Positions 29,797 to 40,577 of a stretch of 64,000 bases of DNA are shown here, piece after piece (positions within the stretch are counted from its first letter, which is position 1; each line of letters begins with the position of its first letter). The notes under the pieces were generated by a model. The model saw only the letters and a program-made list of their open reading frames with translations. It searched no databases and was not told the DNA's origin. The position numbers and the translations under genes are program-made. This DNA is from Magnetococcales bacterium (lineage in GTDB: Bacteria > Pseudomonadota > Magnetococcia > Magnetococcales > JADFYX01): NCBI GenBank assembly GCA_015232365.1, contig JADFZU010000004.1, positions 5,371 through 69,370 of the forward strand. The letters are read 5' to 3'.

Positions 29797-31245
29797 ATGA
29801 GCAACTCTATAGAAAAGAAATTGTATTTAATGGTGCTGTTTTCACTGTTGCTATTTTTTATTGCTCCAGTTCAAACTGTTTTGGCAGGAGAGGGGGTGGT
29901 TGAGTTGATAACCGACCCGCCAGGGGCTGCTGTATATGTTGATGGGCAGTTAAAGGCCAAAGCTACCCCGGTAAAGGTTCGCCTGCCTTCAGGGTTACGG
30001 CGATTCGAGTTGCGTAAGAGTGGTTATCGTAAGCTTGATTTTAGCCTCTTTCTATCTGGTGGTGTCACTCTTAGCAAATCTATGTTTTTAATTCCTGCTG
30101 GAGTTATTGAGTCTGGTGAAGATGGGCCTGTGCTGGATTTTTTAAAAATAAAAGCTCCTATTCGAGATAGCTTTGAAACCGATAAGGAGTATAACGATAG
30201 GGTTGTTATCTCAAAACAGTACCGCCTTGAAAAGCTGCATAGGTTTAACAGAATGGCTGGAAACCCAATTTTTTCTGCTGGTAAGGTGTCGCTGTTAAAA
30301 GAAAAATATGATATCGGCTCTGGCCGTTTTCCAGTCAATTTTGAGCCGCGCAAGTGGTCTTTAAAAGTTTTAAAGTTCAAAAAAAGTTTTTTGTTTGTAA
30401 ATCGTAATATGGCTAGAAAGCTTTTTAGTGCCGGTGATGAGCATCCTGTCTATATTTCTTTTGCAGATAACGGCAATGTTAAAGATGCTTTTGTTATTTC
30501 TGGCACCGAAAAACTTTATCTTATGGGGGTTGGTCGTTTTAAACAGTTGTTACCTGATATGGGTTTTGTGGCAATCCAAGGTAGTTGTTTTACTATGGGT
30601 AGTGTTCGTGGTGCAAAAAATGAAAAGCCTGAGCATGAGGTCTGTGTCGACCCTTATTGGATAGGTAAATATGAGGTGACCCAGGGGGAGTGGATGAAAA
30701 TAATGGGTAAAAACCCTTCACGTTTCCGTCGTGGAAAAAACCATCCTGTTGAAAGGGTTACCTGGAATGATGCACAGAAGTTTATCAAAAAATTGAATGC
30801 AAAAGGTGGTGTAAAATATCGTCTGCCTACCGAAGCTGAGTGGGAATATGCTAATCAGGGCGGTCAAGGTGGTCTATACCCTTGGGGAGATAAAAAGCCG
30901 GTCTGTCAGCGGAAAGTAAATAATGGTGCAAAGTTTGATGATGATAGAGTGTGCAATGATACCGGAACCAATTATGTAGGCCGTTATGCTGCCAATTTAT
31001 TTGCACTACATGATATGGCTGGCAATGTACGTGAGTGGGTGCAGGATTACTATGGCAGTGATTATTACAAAAAGAGTAAGGGGTTGAAAAATCCAACAGG
31101 GCCGGCTGCTGGAAAATTCAGGGTTATGCGTGGAGGAAGCTGGTCTGAGCCTGGAAGTAAGTTGCGGTCTACTTTAAGATCTTTTGCTGGTCCAGATTTC
31201 AAAGCAGATAATCTGGGTTTTCGACTGGTAATGTCTCCACAATAA
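29797..31245 (+). CDS. Secreted PEGA domain plus FGE-sulfatase (SUMF1) domain protein
   Basis: Signal peptide; ITDPPGAAVYVDG PEGA motif; KYEVTQ, RLPTEAEWEYA, DMAGNVREW, RGGSW, GFRLV. Confidence 0.92.
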   Translation: MSNSIEKKLYLMVLFSLLLFFIAPVQTVLAGEGVVELITDPPGAAVYVDGQLKAKATPVKVRLPSGLRRFELRKSGYRKLDFSLFLSGGVTLSKSMFLIPAGVIESGEDGPVLDFLKIKAPIRDSFETDKEYNDRVVISKQYRLEKLHRFNRMAGNPIFSAGKVSLLKEKYDIGSGRFPVNFEPRKWSLKVLKFKKSFLFVNRNMARKLFSAGDEHPVYISFADNGNVKDAFVISGTEKLYLMGVGRFKQLLPDMGFVAIQGSCFTMGSVRGAKNEKPEHEVCVDPYWIGKYEVTQGEWMKIMGKNPSRFRRGKNHPVERVTWNDAQKFIKKLNAKGGVKYRLPTEAEWEYANQGGQGGLYPWGDKKPVCQRKVNNGAKFDDDRVCNDTGTNYVGRYAANLFALHDMAGNVREWVQDYYGSDYYKKSKGLKNPTGPAAGKFRVMRGGSWSEPGSKLRSTLRSFAGPDFKADNLGFRLVMSPQ

Positions 31246-31360
31246 TTTTTTAACAGAGTTGAGAATTGCTATCAAAAAGAAAATAAGTTAGATTCTTTAT
31301 CTATATTTATTATTATGATCTGTTTTGGTGTGTGTTATTTTATAAATATAACAGGGTGTT

Positions 31361-31663
31361 GTGATGTTTAGGTTTTTTGTTGTAGCGGTTTTTATGTTTG
31401 GTTTGCTCTCTTCAGGGCTATCTTTTGCAATGGGTGAGGCGACAAACGGTTCATTGTTGGTAAAAGTCATCCCTCGTGGAGCTGAGGTAGTGATTAATGA
31501 TAGGGTTGTTGGAAAAGCTCCTCTACTATTGACAAAAGTTCCAAAAGGCAAGGTATGGGTTCAGGCCAGATTAAACGGTTACAGAACCTGGGGTAAGAGT
31601 GTTGATATAAGTGAATCAGAGAAGAATACTGTCACTCTGATTCTAGCTAGATCATTGAAATAA
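31361..31663 (+). CDS. Small secreted PEGA-domain protein
   Basis: Signal peptide; GSLLVKVIPRGAEVVIND..GKAPL..LNGY. Confidence 0.85.
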   Translation: MMFRFFVVAVFMFGLLSSGLSFAMGEATNGSLLVKVIPRGAEVVINDRVVGKAPLLLTKVPKGKVWVQARLNGYRTWGKSVDISESEKNTVTLILARSLK

Positions 31664-31808
31664 AGGTTGGTAAAATTTTGCAAACAGGCTGCTTTTGCAG
31701 ATATTTTGTTAATTATTGTAAATATCTCTAACCTGATTGACCAATAAAGTTTTCCCAGTTATAGTTAAATGTCAATTTTCTTTTAATTTTTTCTACATTC
31801 TCGGCAAC

Positions 31809-34800
31809 ATGGCTGATATTACAGGGGCTGAAGAGGGCGAAATAGAATCCAACGCCCTTTTTCTTACTTACGGGGGAATTGTTGATTCCTTCTTTGCTGA
31901 TGGCAAAGAGGCTGGGGAGCCTATATCTGTCGTACCAGCCAACCTTAACGTAAGTCAGTCACCTGTAACCGATACACTTCCTCCAATAACTTTTTCAGAC
32001 TCTGTAGAGGATCATGAAGATTCCAAAGATGATGCGGAAACTGCGTTATCTGAAGAGAGTGGCGAAAAGTCTCCAGAAGATACCACCACTCTTGTCACTA
32101 ATAATCTCCCCAAAAAAGAGCTTGAAAAAATTCAGGAGTTGGTCGATGGGTATCGACGTGTTCTTAGCAAGAAGAGTAAAAGTGGTGATCGTGTGGAGTT
32201 GGGCGAGGAAGAACAGCTTCTTGCCTCATATCTAAAAGATTTTCGTAGTGCTCTAAAAAGTGAAGATGAATCCGCACTTGAGTCCAATCCATTTTATGAT
32301 CTGACAAAACAGATCTACAAATTAAACCTAGACGGTGTCAGCGAAGCCTTTCAGAAGATAAGCAAGGGAGGGGATGAGCCTCTGCCACGGTCTATTTTTG
32401 TTGCTCGAAGCTTAAAAGAGATCTGGTCCGGATCTAACAGTTCAAGAAATGGGTTTTTTAATAAGTTGTCAGAAACTTTTGGCAAGTGGATGGCCTTTTT
32501 CAGAACCCCTCTATCACTACTGCTATTTGTAGGTTCCACATATACCACTGCAAGGGGTGTTAATGACCTTCTGCAGATGGATGATGTTGGTTTGGTGTTT
32601 GGTGATCTTTTTGCTGGTAGTTCTGGAGAGGCAAACCGCTATATAGTTTGCCTTGCTAGCGGTCTGGTTCTCTCTTCGGCTATTCTAGATTATAAAACCA
32701 GAATATTTCAATCCATGGTTGAATGTGGGCTGGTGTTCAAGGGAATAAAAGATGCTTTTTTACGTTTTCCTCGTTGGATGATTCTGGCGACACTTTTAGC
32801 CTTCGTCTCGGTTAAAACCAATTATGATGGTATTGTCTCCATCATCTCAAAAAAAGAGGATCTTGCCCAGCAGTCCCAAATTATCACCAGCCGGGTCCGT
32901 AAGGCTATCGGCAGCCCATTTTTTATGAACGCCAATGATCCAGATTCACTGTTTGATCTGCAAGCCTCATTGCAGCAGACTACCAGAGAGATCCGAGGAG
33001 TTTTTAGGACTCTACCTGAAGATGAGATCAAGGGGGTTGCCTCAAGTGGCGACCCTCGTAAAGGCCCACGCTACTGGGCTAAACATTTTATTGTTCATGG
33101 TGGTTATGAGCCTGGTGTCAACGATGTAAAATTGGCTTTTAATGATCATAGGTTTGCCAGACAAATCGATGACATGCTTAAAAATTCTGGTATTGATTTC
33201 AGTTCATCTTTTTCAGAAAAAGTTGAGATTCTCAGAGGTAAATACGAGGATCACCTGAATTCCACTGATAGTTTGGTTCGCAAATACCTTGGCGAACTGA
33301 ATGTCCTGATGAGTATGGGTGGCTACTCTCTAGATGAAATTAAGCGGGTTTTAGCTCTTGAGCACTATCAAATTAATGATATTGTTCAGATTATTGTTAA
33401 TGCACTAGAAGAGAATAAACAGGCATACAAAGAGACTACTGTTGATTTGAGTGAGCTGACCAATACCTATCTGGGGATATTACAGATGGTTGATAAGTCT
33501 GGAACCTCTGGTTTGAGTTCCTATCAGGTCAAAGCAGAAGTTGTTGTACCCAAAATCGAAGCTATTGATGAACTGAGAAAGGGAAAAATCCCTGCAGCCA
33601 AACATAAGAATTTTGAAGAGCTGCGGGAGTCTCTTATGCTGAAATACGGCATAAGCCTTGGTGGCATGCTTTTAATTTCGATTCTTTTCTTCTCTATCAG
33701 CATGGACTTTGGCGATCCTATTGTCTATAGCCGAATGACTGCTAGAAGAGGGAAAAAAGACCGGGTATTCTATAAAGACCGACTGGCCAAGCTTAAAAAA
33801 TGGGAAGATGAGTTCTTTAGGAAAGCCAGCCTGTTTTTTGAGAATAATGAGGTTAGAGAGGTGTTTCTAGACCCTCAGCCTCCTGGTGAGACACTGGTTA
33901 AAAATGGATTTTATCTGCTGCTGGAGAAGGTAAACTTTGAGCTGAAAGATCATCAAGACAAGACCGGCTATGAGCGGTTTGACTCTTGGTTTCAAGGGAT
34001 GTTCCGGTTTAGTAGAACTGCTGATATGGCAGGATTGAATAACCGTCTGGCATCTACTAGAACCATACTCAGTAAACCCAGCCGTTATTTTCCTGATTGG
34101 GGAAAGTTTATCTATCCGGATTTTTGTCTTGATAAAACTTTCAAACGCAGCACATTCCTTGAATGGCATACTGAGAAACAACGTATTTTAGAAGAGCAGC
34201 GTGTCAACTTTTATCAGGAGTTGCGGGATATTTCAAAATCCCAACCCGGTTTGGTATCGAACTCTCCAACTGACCTATCTCCGAGACAAAAAAGATTAGC
34301 TGACTGGGCTGATAAAAAAGGCATGACGTTTGTTGGTAGAGCCTTGATGGCTGTTAACCGTTTCTGGTTTATTATGTTCCAAGCTGTAAAAAAAGAGCCT
34401 CTTGCTGGGTTTAGTTATACTAGAAGGGGGTGGCTCAAGGCGTTTTCTGAAGATAGTCAGGAGTCAGAAAAAATTGTTGAGTCTATTTATAGCTTTATTC
34501 CAGATTTGAAGAAGGTTGTTTTTGAGACCTTGCCATATATTCAAGAGAGTTATCTTGATCCAATATTGGAGTTTCTTGCCAAATATCCTGGTTACGACGG
34601 CTATAACGATGTTCTTAATGGTGAAAAGCTGCAAAAGCAGTTTGAGGAGATTGAAAAAGAGGCTTTGGATCTTTGGGGTGTCTCATTTTTTGCCACAGAC
34701 GATCCTGGTGGTTATTTAGGTCTCTCCTCTATAATGACACAAGAGGAGATTAACAACCTCCAGGAGATGGTAGCAAAAACCGGTACTGATTCTGTGGTGT

Positions 34801-35771
34801 TCTCCCGAAGAGTTGAAAAACTTACATCTGATATGAAGCAGGCATATGTTATCGTCAGTACTACTGAGGAGATAAACCATCTGCTCACCCAGGTGCGGAC
34901 CATATGTGTTGATGTTAACCAATCTTTGATGAAAATCAAAATGCGAGCTTGGGAGCTTCGTAGTAGCGGTACTGCTAATGCAAACCAGTTTTTAAATACC
35001 GCCACTGATCTGCAAACAAACGCACCAAAAGAGGCTGATAGTATTTTGTCTGTAATGGAGGCAATTCTGCAATCAAATCAGCCATATACCAGAGAGAACC
35101 TTGCTACTCTGCGTACGCTGTATCAGCAATCATCTGAGCTTCAGGACCGTATCATGGCTTTTGTCGATGTCGGCAAAGATAGTACCACCACAACCCAAGA
35201 TTATAGTCCAATTGCACCTGTAATGTCTGAACCTGTTTATGAAGAGCCAGAAGCAACTGAGGAGGTGCTGGCCGAATCTATGTCAGAGGTAGAAGAGCAA
35301 GCTGCAGTAGTGGAGCCTTACACCCACACCAGGCACAACTTACAGGAAATGCAGTCTCCAGAAGATGAAGTAGAACAAAGCTCAGAGGCTGTTATTCCAA
35401 CATTTATCCAAGATGATTTTGATGATGATGGTCCTGTCGTTATGCCTTCATTACCAGAAGCTGATGAGTCTGTAGTGGCATCTCGCCAGGAAGAGCGGAT
35501 AAACCGGAAGGTTTTTGCCATTTATCAAACTAGCCGTGGTGCATTGTTTGAGGGGTATACCGGAGAGATCGGCACAAGCAGCCTTGATTTTATCTCCAAC
35601 ACAGACCCTTCTATGTTGCCAATAGGCAATGAAGGCATTCTTCAGGTAACTGTTGATGATGCCAACTACCAGTTTGCAGGTAAAGTTGTTCGTGTTTCAG
35701 ATGCTCGTATTGTAGTGCGTGTTCTTGCTGAGCAGGACAAGTTTAAGGAACTGCTGGCTCCCATGGCCTGA
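31809..35771 (+). CDS. Large hypothetical membrane protein (3+1 TM, helical) with C-terminal PilZ-like domain
   Basis: Acidic N-terminus; three hydrophobic segments, a ~270-aa loop and a fourth TM; long helical tail ending RQEERI..EIGTSSL..GKVVRV. The ATG at 31809 is preferred over the ORF-track start at 31737. Confidence 0.75.
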   Translation: MADITGAEEGEIESNALFLTYGGIVDSFFADGKEAGEPISVVPANLNVSQSPVTDTLPPITFSDSVEDHEDSKDDAETALSEESGEKSPEDTTTLVTNNLPKKELEKIQELVDGYRRVLSKKSKSGDRVELGEEEQLLASYLKDFRSALKSEDESALESNPFYDLTKQIYKLNLDGVSEAFQKISKGGDEPLPRSIFVARSLKEIWSGSNSSRNGFFNKLSETFGKWMAFFRTPLSLLLFVGSTYTTARGVNDLLQMDDVGLVFGDLFAGSSGEANRYIVCLASGLVLSSAILDYKTRIFQSMVECGLVFKGIKDAFLRFPRWMILATLLAFVSVKTNYDGIVSIISKKEDLAQQSQIITSRVRKAIGSPFFMNANDPDSLFDLQASLQQTTREIRGVFRTLPEDEIKGVASSGDPRKGPRYWAKHFIVHGGYEPGVNDVKLAFNDHRFARQIDDMLKNSGIDFSSSFSEKVEILRGKYEDHLNSTDSLVRKYLGELNVLMSMGGYSLDEIKRVLALEHYQINDIVQIIVNALEENKQAYKETTVDLSELTNTYLGILQMVDKSGTSGLSSYQVKAEVVVPKIEAIDELRKGKIPAAKHKNFEELRESLMLKYGISLGGMLLISILFFSISMDFGDPIVYSRMTARRGKKDRVFYKDRLAKLKKWEDEFFRKASLFFENNEVREVFLDPQPPGETLVKNGFYLLLEKVNFELKDHQDKTGYERFDSWFQGMFRFSRTADMAGLNNRLASTRTILSKPSRYFPDWGKFIYPDFCLDKTFKRSTFLEWHTEKQRILEEQRVNFYQELRDISKSQPGLVSNSPTDLSPRQKRLADWADKKGMTFVGRALMAVNRFWFIMFQAVKKEPLAGFSYTRRGWLKAFSEDSQESEKIVESIYSFIPDLKKVVFETLPYIQESYLDPILEFLAKYPGYDGYNDVLNGEKLQKQFEEIEKEALDLWGVSFFATDDPGGYLGLSSIMTQEEINNLQEMVAKTGTDSVVFSRRVEKLTSDMKQAYVIVSTTEEINHLLTQVRTICVDVNQSLMKIKMRAWELRSSGTANANQFLNTATDLQTNAPKEADSILSVMEAILQSNQPYTRENLATLRTLYQQSSELQDRIMAFVDVGKDSTTTTQDYSPIAPVMSEPVYEEPEATEEVLAESMSEVEEQAAVVEPYTHTRHNLQEMQSPEDEVEQSSEAVIPTFIQDDFDDDGPVVMPSLPEADESVVASRQEERINRKVFAIYQTSRGALFEGYTGEIGTSSLDFISNTDPSMLPIGNEGILQVTVDDANYQFAGKVVRVSDARIVVRVLAEQDKFKELLAPMA

Positions 35772-35976
35772 CAAGGTTCCAGTAAAAAAAATCTTCTATG
35801 TTGCTTTTTTTACTACGTTAGCCCTATTGAAAAAAGATTTGCAAACAGCTAAGTATAGGCAGTTTTACAACATAGCAGTAGAAGTAAAACCGGTGCATTA
35901 TAGATAACTTTTTTTGATCAGGCTCAAAACATTACCAGAATGTTTATTTTTCAGCCGGTAATCAGGCTGTGGAGTC

Positions 35977-37221
35977 ATGGATTTTAGGTCTGTTAATATT
36001 AGAGCAGGTAAAATAGCTGAGGGGGGCGATATGAAATTAGGGGGTGATACAGCGCCAACCATTTTTTTGGAACTGGTTGCTGGGTTGATTTTTTTGTCTG
36101 TAATAATGGTTGTTGCTAGCCTGGCTAAAACTCCTCCTGCCTCGGTGTCAAAACCACATCAAACTCTTAAGTCCACCTCTGTCGCTGCATATTCTGAGAA
36201 GTCCGCACTTGCAAACCCTGTGGACTATATCCTCAATACAGTTCTAAATCAGGTTATGCAACGTTTTCAAGCTCTAGATCAAAAAGTTGATGCTCTGGTT
36301 GCCGTAAGAGATGAGCATGTCTTTTCAAAAGTAAACACAGTTACGGCAAAAGTTGCAGAGTTAAGGCAGAGCCAGCAAAAAAATATACTGCCTGGGGTTA
36401 ATGAGCTACAGAGGAAAATAGACTTTATTACTCTTGAGCATGAGAGGTATATAACTCCAACTATTGCCGGGCTAAGCGACCACCTTGCCAATTTATCCTC
36501 TATAAATGGTGTTGGTATTCCGGCCATAGGGGGAGGGGCAATAGTTGATGAAGATAGCGGTTCTGGAGCTACTGGGTATATTGCAGAACCAGAACCGGTA
36601 TTGCTTGAAGAGTCGTCCTTAGATCCTGAAACGGTAGAAGTAGCTAAACAGGCAACCATAATCAAAAGCGACTTATCTACTGCTGTTGATCCACCCCCAG
36701 TCGTTAGAAAGATGAGTAATCTTGAGCTTGCTAAGAGGCTGCAGAAGGTTTTGGCCCGTTACGGTATTGGCTCCACTATCGGTTTAAACAATAATGGATT
36801 ACTATTAGAGGAGTTTTTCGATTTTGATATAGGATCATCTTTTTTGCCCAAGGATAAAAGAGCCAAACTCTCTATACTGGCAGATGCTTTATCAGAAATT
36901 TTTCTCTGTTACGCCAATTCAACAGACATTTTAGTTATGGCGAAATGTCAGGGCAGGAGTAATCCTGTTGGTGTAAGTTCAGTTATAGTTAAAGCGTTCT
37001 CAATTGGTGACAATGTCGGTACTGAGCGGTTCAACTATAATTGGCGGTTGGCATCTGCAAGATCAATAGAGGTGTTGAAAGCAGTTGTTACTTCTCGCCC
37101 TGACCTGCTGGAGTTTAAAAATAGAGAAGGGTTAATTATGTTAAAAGCTGTAGCAGAGCTTGCAAAGTCTGGATCAAAAAGGACACGGAGTATTGAGCTT
37201 CAGTTTGTTATAGATAAATAA
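35977..37221 (+). CDS. MotB/ZorB-like single-TM protein with degenerate OmpA-like C-terminal domain
   Basis: TM IFLELVAGLIFL (Glu at the position of the conserved MotB/ZorB Asp), coiled coil, FDIGSSFL..NWRLASARS..RSIELQF. The EGHTD motif is not retained. Confidence 0.65.
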   Translation: MDFRSVNIRAGKIAEGGDMKLGGDTAPTIFLELVAGLIFLSVIMVVASLAKTPPASVSKPHQTLKSTSVAAYSEKSALANPVDYILNTVLNQVMQRFQALDQKVDALVAVRDEHVFSKVNTVTAKVAELRQSQQKNILPGVNELQRKIDFITLEHERYITPTIAGLSDHLANLSSINGVGIPAIGGGAIVDEDSGSGATGYIAEPEPVLLEESSLDPETVEVAKQATIIKSDLSTAVDPPPVVRKMSNLELAKRLQKVLARYGIGSTIGLNNNGLLLEEFFDFDIGSSFLPKDKRAKLSILADALSEIFLCYANSTDILVMAKCQGRSNPVGVSSVIVKAFSIGDNVGTERFNYNWRLASARSIEVLKAVVTSRPDLLEFKNREGLIMLKAVAELAKSGSKRTRSIELQFVIDK

Positions 37222-37320
37222 TCACCTCTAAACCCTTGCATTGTCATGGCGACAGTGTAGATGATGTAGTGTGTTAAAAATTTGATCTGCTAAATTAGAT
37301 AGGGTTCTTAGTCTATAATC

Positions 37321-38403
37321 ATGAAACTGCCTAAAATCATCATATTGCAAATTTTTCTCCTGTTAACATCTTTTCCGTTATTAAGCTGGGGAGCCGACTA
37401 TTATCAACGAGAGGAGTCTATCTTGGATGATCTTCGCTCGGCAGTTGATACTTTTGGAGCCAGGCATTACAACACTGTTCCTCACAGGCTGAAATTGGCA
37501 GATTTTTATATTGAAGAAGGCGAGTACTACAAAGCCGAGCCAATGTTGCACCAGGTTCGTTCTCTGATGGAGAAGCGGTTTGGGGTTGGAAATGCAAAAC
37601 TAATTCCTATACTAAAAAAACTGGCTGCTCTAGATCTTAGACAAAACCGCTATAGTTTTGCTTTAAGCCAATATAAACGGGCAGCGTCCATAGCCACAAG
37701 ACATTATGGCAGTAACTCAACCAAGACCAAACAGATCCAAACTATAATTGCTGAGACTAGAAGAACCGAGCGGGAGTGGAAGCGCCTCGGTAGTAAGCCA
37801 GCAGTATTTACTGAAACAAAGAGGAACCGTGCCCAGTCTTCAAATAAGTTTTCAAGAGCTGTGTTTCCTAGTACATCTTCAGCAAAACAGGCAGCAGTCA
37901 ACAGCGGGGTAGCAGCAATATCGCCTATAAAAAGTAAGCCCCCAGAGGTAAAGAAAAAGAGCTTTAATGCTTCCAGTAGCAAAGTAACAGTTAAAAATAA
38001 TGTGGTAGCCGCTGTCGCCTCTTCTCAATCCAAGAAAGTGCAAAATCCGGCAAAAAAAACTGAGCATGGAGTAAAAACGGTAACTTTACCTCCGGCAACA
38101 GTGGCATCTACGGCTAATGCTCCAATAAATCTAGACTCTGAAGGAATTCCAAGAGAGCCTGCTGCTGAGTATAAAAAAGGCTTTTTTATATCAATGGGCT
38201 GTTTTGGCGATAAAAAATTTGCAGTTGGTCAGGTTAACCGGGTGATGGCTCTTAATGTGCCAATATATATGAAAAGTATTCGAGGAGACTCTCTACACTG
38301 TGTGTTTGGTGGACCGTTCCCAACAAGAAGTGCTGCCCAAGCTGCAGCTGACCTCTCTCGTGCCAAAGCCGGGGTTGAAGATACCTTGGTTCGTAGTTAT
38401 TAA
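37321..38403 (+). CDS. Secreted TPR plus SPOR-domain protein
   Basis: Signal peptide, 2-3 TPR-like repeats (LADFYIEEGEYYKAEPM), low-complexity linker, C-terminal FFISMGCF..VFGGPFPTRSAA SPOR-like domain. Confidence 0.75.
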   Translation: MKLPKIIILQIFLLLTSFPLLSWGADYYQREESILDDLRSAVDTFGARHYNTVPHRLKLADFYIEEGEYYKAEPMLHQVRSLMEKRFGVGNAKLIPILKKLAALDLRQNRYSFALSQYKRAASIATRHYGSNSTKTKQIQTIIAETRRTEREWKRLGSKPAVFTETKRNRAQSSNKFSRAVFPSTSSAKQAAVNSGVAAISPIKSKPPEVKKKSFNASSSKVTVKNNVVAAVASSQSKKVQNPAKKTEHGVKTVTLPPATVASTANAPINLDSEGIPREPAAEYKKGFFISMGCFGDKKFAVGQVNRVMALNVPIYMKSIRGDSLHCVFGGPFPTRSAAQAAADLSRAKAGVEDTLVRSY

Positions 38404-38505
38404 TAACTGCAAACTATATATTTATCTAAAAAAAAGCATCAGGCAGTTTTTTTTGCCAATCACGATAATAATTTAAAAACTGCAATTAGAAGTGTGTAAA
38501 TAGAA

Positions 38506-38674
38506 CAATTTAGAAACGGTAGATGGAAGCACACACCTGGCACAACCTATTGGCTCACCAAGCATATCAGGGAAAAATCTTGTCACCAACAATGTGACTG
38601 CTATTTTGCTTGAAACAGCAGATAAGTCGATAGATTACACTATGCACATACTTTCACAGCCATTTCTTGGATAA
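38506..38674. repeat. MITE-like element, diverged full-length copy
   Basis: Shares CTGGCACAACCTATT, TCACCAACAA.GTGACT and CAGATAA with 40953-41120 at matching spacing. Termini AGAAACGGT...GCCATTTCT still pair. Confidence 0.75.
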
Positions 38675-38757
38675 TACAAAAAAATATAGAAGGTCGACAG
38701 TTTTTTTTTGCTGTAGTTCCATGTTAGAATTCCTGTTTATTTCTTTATAATCTGAGG

Positions 38758-40494
38758 TTGATAATGGCTAAGGATAGATTTGATAACGATTCACCAACAA
38801 CTCAAAGTCGGCAAGAGAGCGACGATTTACAAAATATTGCTACTCTCAAAGGTGTAGATATATCTCTAGGTTTTGGCCGTAGGCCATCTCCTGATCAATT
38901 TGAAGAGACACAAGTCTCTGTTAAACTTTATGAAAGTGCTGGTAAACTTGCGGCAAGAGCTGAGAAAAAAGTGATCACCGATCCTTGGAAAATTAAAGAC
39001 GGTTCTGATAAATCTCCTATAAGCCGCCTGAAAAGCCTGGCTTCTGAAATAAGTAAAGAGGAGAGTACGCGGCCTAAATCTATCTCTCCTCTGGAGTCAT
39101 TTATTCAGTCAAAAAGTTCTAAAAAACCTTCTGCTGTAAATGGTGGTAGTGCTGAAAATGTTGTTGTGGCAAGGGTTGCAGCAAACAGTGAGCAGCTAAA
39201 AAAACAGGGAGTACCTGATACGTTTGCAGCAGGTGATAATATAAAGCAGCCACAGCTTTCCAAGCAGATGGTTACCAGTGAACATAAAAAGCCAGTTAGG
39301 GTTCCAACTTCTGGCAATGCCAAGGCTGCACCCCATCGCCAGGAGGTATATAAACCTTCTGTTGGTTTGCCATTTGCGCCTCTTTCAGAAAGCAAGATCA
39401 TAACTACAACTACAACCAGATCCAAAACAGAACCTGCCCCTATTAAAAATCTTGCAGCTAGTGGTGCAGTCTCTATTATTTCAAGGTCTAGAGTTGTTAA
39501 AAGCAGCTCTGGATCAGGGCGTACTACAATCAAACGCAAACAGATGATGAATCAGCCTACAATTTTGCATGCAATATTTACAAATAAGGGCCATGACCAA
39601 CTACCTGTCACACCCACTAAAAAAGTTGCTGAAGTTTCTGCTAGCAAGGGAGCTGATGTAGTTGCATCAGAAGACAGTGCAGGACTGTTTACCCAGCTTA
39701 AACAGGTGAAAAAGGCACAGATTAGTAGAAAAAGCGTAATTAAAAATAGTCAGTTTGTCCCTGTATCACAGGACTCTCCAGATAGTGGGGATATCCATGA
39801 AGATGTTGAAGTGTCTCGACCTTCAACAGTTGACAAAATTGTTACTTTGGCCGAAAAAGCTGTTGACCGTCAGCAAAATGATCTTAACTCATCGACTTTT
39901 AAGCCGGTCTATTCTGGTGCGGAGGCGGTTCCCATGGGCTCTTCAAAAACTCTGTTCTCTATTTCTAAACCGGAAACAGAAGCGCAAAGTTTACAACCTG
40001 ACTTTGGTGCAATATCTACACAAAAAAGTGAAGAACGGCCCTCTTATGAATTTACCATGACCGCTTCCATGGCTAGAACCAGAAATGCGGCAGGAGAAGA
40101 GGAGCAGTATTGGTCTGTACCTGTGGAGACTCTTGGCTCTGGTGTTGCCAATATGTTGGGAAATGCGGTTGGCGGTGTTGTCCATGTCAGTCAGGTTATT
40201 ACAGGCGGAACAAAACGCAAAGTGACAAGCAAACCTAAGGCTAAACCTCAGGCTGCAAAATCTGTAAATGTTGTGAATGTGCCGCTAAAGCGTGGACAGC
40301 GAGTAAAAAAGGCGATGGCTAATAAGATTGGCAGCGGTATTGGTGGCATCTTCAGTGGAGTTGGTGAAGTAGCAAAAGGTGGGGCTAATATTGTCGTTGG
40401 TACTCTCGGCTGTATTGGTGGTGCACTGGTCTGTGTTACTGGTGCAAAAGTTGGAGCCGATAATCGAGCACAAAAAAAAGAACTGTTAAAATAA
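38758..40494 (+). CDS. Low-complexity Ser/Lys-rich protein; C-terminal domain paralogous to 12376-13224
   Basis: VPVETLGSGVANMLGNAV and IVVGTLGCIGGALVCV vs VEVESLGAGIAAVLGDAV and IVVGTFGCLGGTAVCI. Confidence 0.8.
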   Translation: MIMAKDRFDNDSPTTQSRQESDDLQNIATLKGVDISLGFGRRPSPDQFEETQVSVKLYESAGKLAARAEKKVITDPWKIKDGSDKSPISRLKSLASEISKEESTRPKSISPLESFIQSKSSKKPSAVNGGSAENVVVARVAANSEQLKKQGVPDTFAAGDNIKQPQLSKQMVTSEHKKPVRVPTSGNAKAAPHRQEVYKPSVGLPFAPLSESKIITTTTTRSKTEPAPIKNLAASGAVSIISRSRVVKSSSGSGRTTIKRKQMMNQPTILHAIFTNKGHDQLPVTPTKKVAEVSASKGADVVASEDSAGLFTQLKQVKKAQISRKSVIKNSQFVPVSQDSPDSGDIHEDVEVSRPSTVDKIVTLAEKAVDRQQNDLNSSTFKPVYSGAEAVPMGSSKTLFSISKPETEAQSLQPDFGAISTQKSEERPSYEFTMTASMARTRNAAGEEEQYWSVPVETLGSGVANMLGNAVGGVVHVSQVITGGTKRKVTSKPKAKPQAAKSVNVVNVPLKRGQRVKKAMANKIGSGIGGIFSGVGEVAKGGANIVVGTLGCIGGALVCVTGAKVGADNRAQKKELLK

Positions 40495-40577
40495 AGCTAG
40501 GCTAAACGGATTGCAACTATCAATGCTTATAATCAAAATACAGTTAAATTTTCTGTATTTATTTATGGAGAGATATA

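Noticed and set aside
31809-37221. Zorya anti-phage system
   Set aside because: No zorC/D/E nearby, the upstream protein is not recognisably ZorA, and the MotB-like motifs are degenerate.
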